Below are positions 1 to 9,442 of a stretch of 48,562 nt of DNA, piece by piece. Under the pieces are notes generated by a model. The model was not told where the DNA came from, searched no databases, and saw only the letters and a program-made list of their open reading frames with translations. The DNA is from Candidatus Woesearchaeota archaeon. Lineage in GTDB: Archaea > Nanobdellota > Nanobdellia > Woesearchaeales > WJIZ01. The stretch lies in NCBI GenBank assembly GCA_018221205.1, contig JAAOYF010000016.1, forward strand, positions 1-48,562. Reading direction: 5' to 3'. Both the position numbers and the translations under genes were made by a program. Position 1 is the first letter of the stretch. Each line of letters starts with the position of its first letter.

Positions 1-125
1 GAAGGTCCGATAGACCATGAATCATTTCAGTACTTGGCTGCAGAAGTTGCCAGAGAGAAGCAATAGGCTCAAATTTCGCACTTGGGTACAGAAGGCGAAA
101 GGCTCCAAGAAATGGCTGATTCTAC

Positions 126-1172
126 CTAATTTTTATGCAAAGCCGTTAGAATATGCTTGTTCATCTCGAGAGCTTCCTGCTCGAATTTCTTCAGTTGAGT
201 GACTGAAATGCCATTTTTCTTTAGGAATTCCTCTCCTTCGCACTTTACGAATGTATCTGGTTCTTTGGCTGCGAAGACAACTCTGGCAATCTTGGCTTTT
301 TGGATGGATTCTACACAGCAGCTTGTTTTTGATTTTCTTTTCGTGCAGGGCTCCATTGTTGTATAGAGTGTTGAGCCTACCGGATTCTTTGTTTTGCTTA
401 TGGCTGTTTCTTCTGCGTGATCGTTCTCATGTTCTCTTGTATGGCCAGTTCCGATTATTTCACCACTCTTTTCAAGAATCGCGCCGACTGAGAAATATTT
501 TTTGGATGGAGTGCATTTCTTTGCTTCCTCCAATGCTAATCTCATATATCTATCATCGTTCTTGTACTGTTTGATGGTCATATCTCCTAAAGGTTTTTCA
601 CTTACGAAGGTGAATCTGTCTTTCCATTCTCCCTCTATGAAGTTTGGAGCATCTTTTTCGTTGATCTCTATTTGGGAGATGGCAACTCTTATCTCATCAA
701 CTGCATCTGCTTTGATGAATTCGTAATTTGTCTTGCCGCCCCCTTCCACTAATAATCGTTTTATTCCTTTTTTCCCCAATTCTCCTAATAATTCATTTAT
801 GTCAACTCTTTCTCTATGCTGAATAACTGCAGCATGTTTTTTTATTCGGTTGATGTCCTCTGGTGAAGCTATTCGGGTAGTGAAGATGATTTTTTCTTCA
901 TCTCCTTTCAGGAAATCACTGTCTTCTTTGATATTGCAGTCTTTGGAAATGGCGACTTTAATGGGATTCTTTCCTTTTTCATGTTTTAATGTCAAAGAGG
1001 GATCATCATTCTTCAGAGTAGTGGAGCCGACGAGGATTGCATCTACTTTTGCCCGTATCTTATCGACTTCTTTCAGATCTTCTTCATTAGAAATCCTTAA
1101 CTGCTTCCGGTCTGCTTTTGCTAGCTTGAAGTTCTTTGAAACTGCAGAATTGATCAAGACATAGGGTCTCAT
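126..1172 (-). CDS. Pyrimidine reductase (RibD_C/Rib7-like) fused to a C-terminal Zn-dependent deaminase; RibD-like with reversed domain order
   Basis: N-terminal RPYVLIN...DAILVG..T...DDPSL...LLVEGGG reductase motifs; C-terminal FSVGA, HAE and TMEPC...C deaminase motifs; directly downstream of ribA. Confidence 0.85.
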   Translation of the reverse strand: MRPYVLINSAVSKNFKLAKADRKQLRISNEEDLKEVDKIRAKVDAILVGSTTLKNDDPSLTLKHEKGKNPIKVAISKDCNIKEDSDFLKGDEEKIIFTTRIASPEDINRIKKHAAVIQHRERVDINELLGELGKKGIKRLLVEGGGKTNYEFIKADAVDEIRVAISQIEINEKDAPNFIEGEWKDRFTFVSEKPLGDMTIKQYKNDDRYMRLALEEAKKCTPSKKYFSVGAILEKSGEIIGTGHTREHENDHAEETAISKTKNPVGSTLYTTMEPCTKRKSKTSCCVESIQKAKIARVVFAAKEPDTFVKCEGEEFLKKNGISVTQLKKFEQEALEMNKHILTALHKN

Positions 1173-1867
1173 TCTTTCAGACTGGCGCTGTCTATCTGTT
1201 CTAATTCATCAAGCATATGGCCTGATTTCTTCTTCTTTGTCTCGAGATAGGCCTTGTTATATTCATTCGGTTTGATGACGATAGGGATGCGACCATTCAC
1301 TTCAATGCCATGTCTTTTCAAGTCGTTTATCTTCTTTGGATTATTGGTCATCAATTTGATAGATTTGACATTCAAGCTTCTTAGCATATGGGCAGCAATG
1401 GCGTAATCGCGTTCATCATCTCGAAAGCCGAGCATCTTGTTTGCTTCAACTGTATCAAAACCGTCATCTTGCAATTGGTATGCTTTCACTTTATTAGTAA
1501 GGCCGATGCCCCTTCCTTCTTGTCTTAAGTAAAGCACCATACCATACTCTAATTTTCCTACTCTTGTCAATGATGCTTTCAACTGGTCGCGGCAATCACA
1601 TCTCAATGAACCTATCGCATCTCCTGTCAAGCACTCAGAATGTAATCTTACTGGCACATCTTCTTTATTGCAGACATCACCATGCACCAAAGCAATGTGC
1701 TCTTTCTTGTCATGGTCATTATAGAATGCTACGATCTGGAACTGACCGAACCTGCTCGGCAGATCTGCAATGGCGACGATCTTTACGCAGGTCTTTTTCT
1801 TCTCGCCAGGACATTCATGGTCCTTATCGCGGTTGATCAAGTCTTTTATTTTTGGTCGAGTGAGCAT
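1169..1867 (-). CDS. ribA: GTP cyclohydrolase II
   Basis: VRLHSECLTGD...SLRCDC, YLRQEGRGIGL.NK..AY.LQD.G.DTVEAN and LMTNNP.K motifs. Confidence 0.95.
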   Translation of the reverse strand: MLTRPKIKDLINRDKDHECPGEKKKTCVKIVAIADLPSRFGQFQIVAFYNDHDKKEHIALVHGDVCNKEDVPVRLHSECLTGDAIGSLRCDCRDQLKASLTRVGKLEYGMVLYLRQEGRGIGLTNKVKAYQLQDDGFDTVEANKMLGFRDDERDYAIAAHMLRSLNVKSIKLMTNNPKKINDLKRHGIEVNGRIPIVIKPNEYNKAYLETKKKKSGHMLDELEQIDSASLKE

Positions 1868-1868
1868 A

Positions 1869-2468
1869 TTATTTCCCTTTGAACTTCCCTTCTATGGCTA
1901 TCTCCTTCAAGGGGCGCCTGTCAGAGGGGATTTCCTTTTCCTGCACTTCTTTAGGAAGGTCTTCTGTCTTGCCTCTTTTTCCTATAGCGATCATAGCCAA
2001 TACTTTGTAATTATCAGGGACTTCAAGCTGCTTTTTAGCTTTTTCGTAATCAAAGCCAGCCATACCATGGATAACTAAATCGCGTTTTGCGCCTTCTAAA
2101 GCAAGATTCTCCCAGGATGCACCTGCATCGAACTCATGTGTGGGAGCGGGCTTGTCATTGTATTCTGCATCTTTTCTTGAGATAACGACCACTAGGGCAG
2201 CTGCATCCTTGCACCAGGACTGATTGAATTCAACCAATAGGTTAAGGAAAGTATCCCAATGCTCTGAATCTCTTTCTGCATAGATATATTTCCATAACTG
2301 GTTGTTGAAGGCAGAAGGAGCCCATCTGGCTGCTTCAAACAAGGCCATGAGTTCGTCTTTTTCGAGCTTCTCTCCAGACATTGCTCTTGGTGACCATCTG
2401 TTTAGGAAGAGCGGATGAATATCATAACCTGCTTTTCTGTGCTTTTTTACTTCTTCTGTCAATTCCAT
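1869..2468 (-). CDS. Nitroreductase family flavoprotein
   Basis: RWSPRA, EAARWAPSAFNNQ.W, FDAGA..ENLAL, HGMAGFD motifs; GAGGTGG SD upstream. Confidence 0.9.
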   Translation of the reverse strand: MELTEEVKKHRKAGYDIHPLFLNRWSPRAMSGEKLEKDELMALFEAARWAPSAFNNQLWKYIYAERDSEHWDTFLNLLVEFNQSWCKDAAALVVVISRKDAEYNDKPAPTHEFDAGASWENLALEGAKRDLVIHGMAGFDYEKAKKQLEVPDNYKVLAMIAIGKRGKTEDLPKEVQEKEIPSDRRPLKEIAIEGKFKGK

Positions 2469-2526
2469 ATTCCCACCTCAAGATATGTAAAAAAAGAGTG
2501 TATATAAAAGTAGTGTTGAAGTAGAA

Positions 2527-3279
2527 TTATTTATGTGCTTTACCCTTTCTTCTTGCATGCGGCGCAGTTGATCGGGAGGCAAGCTGCTCTAATCCAGATA
2601 CATAGCCAGCCATCTCACCATGAAGCTTGTTCTTATTCGTAGCCAGCTGAGCGTGTCTTACATTGTCGCTGATATTCATTGATTTCATATGGCTGCCGTA
2701 GGCAGCTGCAAACTCTAAACTCTGTTCATCATCGAGTTCTAATGTATAATCCATCAGCACTGAATTATGATACTGCCTTGTATGGTCAGAAGCAAGAGTC
2801 TCTTTGATCATATCAAGAATCTCGTCATTTGTCTTATCCTTCTGGAATGCCTTGAAATATTCTTCGAAATCATGCCCAGATCGCTCAAAAGCCTCTTTCA
2901 CCCTTGAAACAAGGGCTGCATCACTCTTTTCTCCTGAATAATGATGCCAATCGCCTGTCTTTTTGGCCAAGTCCCTAACATATTGTGCAATGCCTTTTTT
3001 AGATGCTTCTACTTTTTTACCGATCTCTTTTCCTGCCCTATCGTATGCTTGCTTGATGACATCAGTGCCGATCACCAAGTGAGCCATAGCATCGACATAA
3101 TGATCCTTTATCTCACCCGAGATATTTGTCTTGCCGTATTTTTCTTTGACAGCAGCATCAACAATTTTTTTATGATCACTATATGCTTCTTTAAACGCAT
3201 CAGAATCTAATGATACTTTTATACCCTTAAGAAGATTCTCAAGATGTTTTTCGGTCTTTGCTTTTCCTTTCTTTGCCAT
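2527..3279 (-). CDS. Hypothetical protein (250 aa, charged, probably helical)
   Basis: Long ORF filling the gap between genes, TATA-like TTTTATATA upstream; no recognised motif. Confidence 0.7.
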   Translation of the reverse strand: MAKKGKAKTEKHLENLLKGIKVSLDSDAFKEAYSDHKKIVDAAVKEKYGKTNISGEIKDHYVDAMAHLVIGTDVIKQAYDRAGKEIGKKVEASKKGIAQYVRDLAKKTGDWHHYSGEKSDAALVSRVKEAFERSGHDFEEYFKAFQKDKTNDEILDMIKETLASDHTRQYHNSVLMDYTLELDDEQSLEFAAAYGSHMKSMNISDNVRHAQLATNKNKLHGEMAGYVSGLEQLASRSTAPHARRKGKAHK

Positions 3280-3373
3280 CTTTATCAGTTTTTTCTTATT
3301 TAAGACATTTAAAGCTTTCTATATAAAACTTTCTGTCTTCATTACTGGCAAATAATAACTTTAAATCATGCGT

Positions 3374-3413
3374 AATCTTTTTAAGCTTCTGAGCAATTTT
3401 TCTCTCAGGGGGT
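3374..3413 (+). promoter_or_regulatory. Putative TATA box (TTTTTAAG) and SD (GGGGGT) for the acyltransferase/His-domain operon
   Basis: AATCTTTTTAAG about 32 nt before the ATG at 3417; similar motifs precede other genes in the window. Confidence 0.5.
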
Positions 3414-3416
3414 AGC

Positions 3417-4511
3417 ATGAACAAGAAAAATATACGCAAAAAAGTAGGGGAGTTTCTACAGAGCAATAAAGAGAGGATTGAGATCAAGGTCCCGAAGAAT
3501 TTTTCTTTATATTGGGTCAGGAATCCTATAGCAGTGGCATGGAGGATGTTGATTCTTGGTATCTTGACCAAAGTGCCTCCGATGAACCTGAAGAACTGGA
3601 TTTTTAAGCTCTTAGGCTATAATTTTGGCAAAGATGTGTGTCTGCCTGGCTTCATCGATATTGATCCGTTCTTTCCGGAATTGATAACTCTGAAAGAAGG
3701 CATCCTTGTGGGAGGATCTACTACCATTAAGCCCTGGATAGTGAAAGATGGAAAATTAACTTTAGGAAAAATTTGGGCTGGTAGGAGGGTATTGTTTGCA
3801 GGTTGGTCCGGATTGCGGCCAGGTGCCAAGATTCACACTAACACCATCACTGGTTTGCATTGCTTAATCGACACTGAAATTCCAAAAGACAGTTTTGTTG
3901 TCGGACACAATAAAATCTTGAAAACATGGAGCACAGAAGAAGTTGAAAGGCATTTTGGCGAAAGCAAGCATAATCCACATTATGCCAGAAACTACAAAAA
4001 AGAAACAACGAAATTTCGAACAGACCCCTCAGTCAGGAAAATTACGCTTCGAAATGATGGAAACAGGCTAAATGCAGGATGTGACTGGTGGAGAGCAAGG
4101 CCTGTCTGGCAAATCTATTGGAAAGGGGCTCTTGTGGAAGCAAGTCTGCTGTGCCCTTTTGAACCCATCCGCAAAATGCTCATGTGGATCATGGGAGTCA
4201 GGTGGGGAAAAAATTTCAAACTAGGCAAAAAAGTGATGTTTGATCATATCTATGGTGACATGGTACGATTCGGAGATAATTGTGTCATTGAAGACGGAGC
4301 CTATTTTGATGGCCATGACTACACAATCTCAGAAGGGATCTATGGCCGGACCACCATAGGCAATAATTTTCATGCGAAGAAAGGAGCCTATGTCCGCTCT
4401 GGATTAGTCATCGGCAATAATGTCACCTTAGAAGAGCATGCAGTATTGATCAAAGATGCTAAAGACAATGAAGTGTGGGCAGGCGCGCCTGCTAAACTGG
4501 TCGAGAAATGA
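3417..4511 (+). CDS. Tandem-duplicated left-handed beta-helix (hexapeptide) acyltransferase, YvoF-like
   Basis: Two similar halves (P.MNLKNWIFKLLG..FGK...DPFFPELI / PFEPIRKMLMWIMG..WGK...DHIYGDMV), hexapeptide repeats, C-terminal WAGAPAK. Confidence 0.8.
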   Translation: MNKKNIRKKVGEFLQSNKERIEIKVPKNFSLYWVRNPIAVAWRMLILGILTKVPPMNLKNWIFKLLGYNFGKDVCLPGFIDIDPFFPELITLKEGILVGGSTTIKPWIVKDGKLTLGKIWAGRRVLFAGWSGLRPGAKIHTNTITGLHCLIDTEIPKDSFVVGHNKILKTWSTEEVERHFGESKHNPHYARNYKKETTKFRTDPSVRKITLRNDGNRLNAGCDWWRARPVWQIYWKGALVEASLLCPFEPIRKMLMWIMGVRWGKNFKLGKKVMFDHIYGDMVRFGDNCVIEDGAYFDGHDYTISEGIYGRTTIGNNFHAKKGAYVRSGLVIGNNVTLEEHAVLIKDAKDNEVWAGAPAKLVEK

Positions 4512-5971
4512 ACAAACTGATTCCAGAGGGTGTGAAGCTGTGGATCCAGGAAGGAGCTGCTAATCTCCATTTTGGTTGGTATGTCGCGTATTCTTTCATC
4601 ACTGTTCTTCGTAGTTTCTTTGATCTTTACTGCACCATTGTCGTGCTTCAAATAAAGGATAATATCTTCACATATTGTTATGATGAACGTGAGCTGTTAG
4701 CGATTGGAAAAGAATTTGAGAAGCGACAACTTGCTAATGCCAACTACACCCAAGAGCTCATCAGTGATTGGAATGAACGTGTCGAGGCATTCTACCAGGC
4801 ATGTCAGGAAATTCATGAATCTGATTTATCAGAACTAACTGATGAACAACTGGCTTTGCTGTTTGAAAAATTTCTCAATAAATATACAGAAGAGTACGCT
4901 GCTCCCCTCCTAGCGGATTGTCTAGGGTGTTATTGTGAGATCGAAATACAAGACTTGCTTAAATCCCACTTGAAAAAAATAGAAAAGGAGGATCAATTCA
5001 CACGTTATCTAACTGCCCTTACTGCACCCATCCGAGATTCATTTATCGGTGAGGAGAAGATTGAACTCCTCGGTATCACAAAAGATTCCATAGATGGGAA
5101 GGATGTCTCAAAAGCAGTGGCTGCACATCAACAGAAATGGTTCTGGATTCAAAATAGTTACTTACGGGCGATTGTCCTTTCTGAGGATGATTTCATGCAG
5201 CGTATCAAAGAGCATGGGAAAGATCAGGCATATGTGCTGGATAAAGTTGTACATTATTCTGAAGAATTCACTAAGACAAAAACTGAAAGAGAACAGCTAC
5301 TTGATAAGATAGGTGCGTCAAAACGCCTACGGGTCTTACTCTACCTTATGGATGATCATACTTTCTGGCAAGACGAGCGAAAAAAAGTGAACCTACAAGC
5401 TGATCATCATATTGATCTGCTTCTCAAAGAAGTGAACCGAAGAAAAAAGATACCTTTTGACGACCTTCTTTATACCATACCATTCGAGGTCATTGATTTA
5501 CTTCGAGGCGAGCCAGTTGACCTGTCGATTATCCAGAAACGAAAAGAGATAGTGGGTATCATTTACACTCCTGATCAATATTTACCCTTGAATTATGAGG
5601 ATTCTGTCCGACTTGATAAGGAAATCAATAGCCAATATTCTATGAACGGCCTGGCTGATTTATTTGGTACAGTAGCAAATCTGGGAAAAGTAAGGGGAAA
5701 GGTGAAGATCCTCATGGAGCCAGATGATTTTAAGCTCATGGAAAAAGGAGATGTCCTTGTTACTTCTATGACCCGACCTGAGTTTGTCCCTATCCTGAAA
5801 AAAGCTGCTGCGATCGTGACAGATGAAGGAGGGCTTACTTGCCATGCAGCAATTGTTGCCCGAGAATTAGATGTACCTTGCATCGTCGGAACCAAAATAG
5901 CCACTAAAGTCTTAAAAAATGGCGATTCTGTGGAAGTGAATGCGAATCATGGGGTTGTGAGAATTCTATGA
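4508..5971 (+). CDS. Helical domain + PEP-utilising phospho-His (swivel) domain protein, paralog 1
   Basis: GDVLVTSMTRPEF...TDEGGLTCHAAIVARE..PCIVGTK; HQQKWFWIQNSY and WQDERKK motifs; ATGA overlap with upstream gene. Confidence 0.9.
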   Translation: MNKLIPEGVKLWIQEGAANLHFGWYVAYSFITVLRSFFDLYCTIVVLQIKDNIFTYCYDERELLAIGKEFEKRQLANANYTQELISDWNERVEAFYQACQEIHESDLSELTDEQLALLFEKFLNKYTEEYAAPLLADCLGCYCEIEIQDLLKSHLKKIEKEDQFTRYLTALTAPIRDSFIGEEKIELLGITKDSIDGKDVSKAVAAHQQKWFWIQNSYLRAIVLSEDDFMQRIKEHGKDQAYVLDKVVHYSEEFTKTKTEREQLLDKIGASKRLRVLLYLMDDHTFWQDERKKVNLQADHHIDLLLKEVNRRKKIPFDDLLYTIPFEVIDLLRGEPVDLSIIQKRKEIVGIIYTPDQYLPLNYEDSVRLDKEINSQYSMNGLADLFGTVANLGKVRGKVKILMEPDDFKLMEKGDVLVTSMTRPEFVPILKKAAAIVTDEGGLTCHAAIVARELDVPCIVGTKIATKVLKNGDSVEVNANHGVVRIL

Positions 5972-7404
5972 ATAAAGAAACTCTATTGAAAGTGGTGAAG
6001 CAGGATTGGTATATGCAGGGCTTTATCTCTTCAGTAACACTATTCTTTAACCCATTCTATTCTGGGGTGAAGATGAAAAAGTATCATCCGTATACCTATT
6101 CTTATCTGATGAGCTTCCATAAAGATGATTATGGTGAAGCTTACTATGGCATAGATGATATGAAAGCTATGTGGTATGAAATGGAGAAAGCGTACAAGAA
6201 AGATTCACAGCATTTTCTCAAGCAACGGGAAAAATATCGGAAGATTGTTGAGAGTTATCAACCTTTAGTCGAGGAATATGGAAAATTGGATATTACTACA
6301 CTCTCAGAAAAACAACTTATTGAGCTTGCACATGAGATGTTTGAATCTGCTTCTGAAACTGTGTGCATCTGCCATGATATCGAGGCATTCTCGATCACCA
6401 ATGACCGTAAATTGAGGCATGCGATCAAAGATAAGGTCGATGATGAGGCCATCATCAATAGATATGCAGAGCTTCTTGCCCACCCTATCTCTAAATCCTG
6501 GGCGAATGAGGCCGGAGCCGAGCTCTATGATATCTCTCAAATCAATGATAAACAAAAGCAAACCCAACTGCTTCAAGAACATGCACGGAAATACTTCTGG
6601 ATCAGAAATAATTATCTTCATTCTGAAGCGTTGACTGCTGCTGATTTCAGGGAAGAGATGGGGCATATGAAGGATTATGCTGCTATTGATTATGAAGCTA
6701 TCAAGAAGAAAAAGGTGGGTCTTATCACTGAATTAAACTTGGGACAGGATATTCAAGAACTTATCAAGCACATTGAGTTTTTTGTGGATTATCAGGATGA
6801 GCGGAAGAAGAATATCTTGATTTCGAATCATTATGTTGAACGCATTTGCTTTGAGTTTGCACGACGCTTCAATATTCCCAAACCATTAATAAAATATCTG
6901 CTCCCTCATGAGTTTAATCCAGCATTGTTGAAAAATGAAAAACTTCCCTCGATATTGGCAAAACGCAGAGAAGGATACCTTATCATCCTTTCTCCTGATG
7001 AGACTATCGTCATCGAGGGAGATGAGTTGAAAGAGTATGATAAGATATTGCATGAAGGAGGTATTGAGCATGATTCTGATATCCATGGATTGTCTGCATC
7101 TGGTGGAACTGCTATCGGAAGGGCAGTTATCTGCAAGACTGCTGACTCGATGAAGAATCTTCAGGAAGGAGATATTCTTGTTACTGCGATGACGCGGCCG
7201 GAATTTGTTCCTGCGATGAAGAAAGCTGCAGGCATTGTCACCGATGAAGGCGGCATTACGTCGCATGCAGCTATTGTCTCTCGTGAACTAGGCAAGCCGT
7301 GTGTTATCGGAACAAAAAATGCTACTCGCGTCATCAAAGATGGCGATTTAGTAGAAGTGAAAGGCAATCATGGAGTTGTGGTTATTATCAAGGGGGCAAA
7401 ATGA
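5968..7404 (+). CDS. Helical domain + phospho-His swivel domain protein, paralog 2
   Basis: TDEGGITSHAAIVSRE; HARKYFWIRNNY; YQDERKK; ATGA overlap. Confidence 0.9.
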   Translation: MNKETLLKVVKQDWYMQGFISSVTLFFNPFYSGVKMKKYHPYTYSYLMSFHKDDYGEAYYGIDDMKAMWYEMEKAYKKDSQHFLKQREKYRKIVESYQPLVEEYGKLDITTLSEKQLIELAHEMFESASETVCICHDIEAFSITNDRKLRHAIKDKVDDEAIINRYAELLAHPISKSWANEAGAELYDISQINDKQKQTQLLQEHARKYFWIRNNYLHSEALTAADFREEMGHMKDYAAIDYEAIKKKKVGLITELNLGQDIQELIKHIEFFVDYQDERKKNILISNHYVERICFEFARRFNIPKPLIKYLLPHEFNPALLKNEKLPSILAKRREGYLIILSPDETIVIEGDELKEYDKILHEGGIEHDSDIHGLSASGGTAIGRAVICKTADSMKNLQEGDILVTAMTRPEFVPAMKKAAGIVTDEGGITSHAAIVSRELGKPCVIGTKNATRVIKDGDLVEVKGNHGVVVIIKGAK

Positions 7405-8813
7405 AATGGTGGATATGGGAACGGCCAGCGACCATGCATATGGTATATACTGCTGCCTATTGCGCAGTCAAGCCATTGCATGATCTCTTTAACGCGTGCT
7501 ATGCTGATACGTTGTATGGATTATTTAAGAATGATATGATCAAATATTTTTGCAGCTATAAAGAACTCATTGACTATGGGAGAAAAATCGTCGATGATTT
7601 TGATGATCGAGACTATTATAAGAGTAAAATGGCTGATTGGGAAAAAAGGTGCAAGAAACTTACAGCGTTTTTAGAGAAATTCCAAGGCATCACGTTATTT
7701 GAGCTTTCTCAAGCAGAATTATCTAAGCTATATCATGAATTCGATGATATTTATCTTGAGTGGTGGGCGTTTGCCCAGGTTGCAGAACCCATTGCTTATT
7801 TTTGCGAGGAGGAGTTGAAGAAACTTGCTCCAAAACAACAGGATTTCAATCTTTTAGCATCCCCTACCAAGAGCTCATTTACTGGTGAGGAAGAGCATGA
7901 GCTGTTTGAGATTGTGAAACAAGCTCAACAAGGGGATGTCACTAGCCTTCTGGTGAATCATGCGAAGAAATATTTCTGGTTAGAGAATAATTTTCATGAT
8001 ACGAGGATATTAGGTGCATCTTATTTTGAAGAAAAAGTAAAGAAATTTCTCGATGATGGTGTTGATGTGGAGAAACTAGAAAAGGAGAATCTCAAACGCC
8101 TTACAGAAACCAAACAGAAAAAAACTGCACTGATGGATTCTCTGAACTTGGATGGGGAATCCCGTTTTATTGTCGAATTGATTGATGAATTTGCGTATTT
8201 CCAAGACGTCAGGAAGAAAATTGTGTTGTGGAGCAACCACGTTCTTGATTCTTTTGTTAAAGAGATAAGCAGGCGCTTCACTATTCCGTATGATGATGTC
8301 GCATGGCTCACTGCACCGCTTGCAAAGGAGTTGCTGAAAACAGGCAAGGTTGATCTTGAGTATGTCAAATCATTGAAACATTCTTTTGTGATCTATCGTA
8401 TTGATGGCCGTGTTGAATTGTTTTCCGGAAAAGAGGCCGAGAAGCATCATGAGAAGTTTTTCTCATCTGATGCACAGGAAGTGCGTGAAATCGAAGGCAT
8501 GGTGGCGTGCGAGGGACGGGCAAAAGGGAAAGTGAGAGTAATTGTCGATCCTAAGGAGATGAATACTATGCAGGAAGGAGAGATTTTGGTGACGACGATG
8601 ACCTCTCCAGATTTTGTCCGTGCCATGAAGAAAGCTGCAGCTATTATCACTGATGAGGGAGGCGTTACTTCCCACGCGTCTATTGTTAGTCGCGAGTTAG
8701 GGGTACCTTGTGTCATAGGCACTAAAATCGCGACAAAAGTACTCAAAACTGGCGATATCGTCGATGTTTATGCGAATCATGGCCTGATTAAAGTTGTGAG
8801 GAGGAAAAAATGA
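7401..8813 (+). CDS. Helical domain + phospho-His swivel domain protein, paralog 3 (start reassigned to 7401)
   Basis: TDEGGVTSHASIVSRE; HAKKYFWLENNF; FQDVRKK; AGGGGG SD and ATGA overlap at 7401. Confidence 0.9.
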   Translation: MKWWIWERPATMHMVYTAAYCAVKPLHDLFNACYADTLYGLFKNDMIKYFCSYKELIDYGRKIVDDFDDRDYYKSKMADWEKRCKKLTAFLEKFQGITLFELSQAELSKLYHEFDDIYLEWWAFAQVAEPIAYFCEEELKKLAPKQQDFNLLASPTKSSFTGEEEHELFEIVKQAQQGDVTSLLVNHAKKYFWLENNFHDTRILGASYFEEKVKKFLDDGVDVEKLEKENLKRLTETKQKKTALMDSLNLDGESRFIVELIDEFAYFQDVRKKIVLWSNHVLDSFVKEISRRFTIPYDDVAWLTAPLAKELLKTGKVDLEYVKSLKHSFVIYRIDGRVELFSGKEAEKHHEKFFSSDAQEVREIEGMVACEGRAKGKVRVIVDPKEMNTMQEGEILVTTMTSPDFVRAMKKAAAIITDEGGVTSHASIVSRELGVPCVIGTKIATKVLKTGDIVDVYANHGLIKVVRRKK

Positions 8814-9442
8814 AGATAAAATTTCTAGGACATGCGGGTTTTTTGATTGATGATTTGGTTATCGATCCATTTTTGACAGGAAATCCGAAAGCAGTGGACA
8901 AGCCTGCTGATATACAATGTAAATATGTCTTGATCACCCATGATCATCCAGATCATGTCGGAGATGCTTTCGATATCGCGAAAAAGAATGATGCAGTTGT
9001 CGTCGGTATGTATGAAGTGACTGCTAAGGCTGAAGAAGCAGGCTGCAAGACTGAGCCGATGAACATTGGAGGCAAGATTAAGCTTGGTGGTTGGGAAATC
9101 AAGATGGAGATGGCATTCCATAGCGCAGGAGTAGGTGCGCCAGCTAGTTTTATCATCAAAAAAAGCGGTAAAACAGTGTATCATGCTGGAGATACTTGTT
9201 ATTTCATGGACATGGAACGGTTCAAAGAGTATAGTATCGATATTGCGATGCTACCTATCGGAGATAGGTTCACGATGGGAGCTGAGGATGCGGCAAAAGC
9301 GTGCAAAGCTATTGGCTGCAAGACTGCCATTCCTATCCACTTTGGCACTTTTCCTTTTTTGGGTCAGAGTGCTGATACATTCAAGAAGCTTTGCAGCTGT
9401 GATTGTGTTGTTTTTGATGTTGGGGAAGTGAAAGAACTATGA
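8810..9442 (+). CDS. Metallo-beta-lactamase-fold metal-dependent hydrolase (UPF0173-like)
   Basis: FLGHAGF, IDPF, THDHPDH (HxHxDH), YHAGDT, LPIG..FTM, IPIHFGTF. Confidence 0.9.
   Translation: MKIKFLGHAGFLIDDLVIDPFLTGNPKAVDKPADIQCKYVLITHDHPDHVGDAFDIAKKNDAVVVGMYEVTAKAEEAGCKTEPMNIGGKIKLGGWEIKMEMAFHSAGVGAPASFIIKKSGKTVYHAGDTCYFMDMERFKEYSIDIAMLPIGDRFTMGAEDAAKACKAIGCKTAIPIHFGTFPFLGQSADTFKKLCSCDCVVFDVGEVKEL

Noticed and set aside
1..202. ORF 17..202 and a possible gene tail in frame 1 ending at TAG 64-66
   Set aside because: Too short to identify; the ORF overlaps the end of the RibD-like gene on the opposite strand and has no motif
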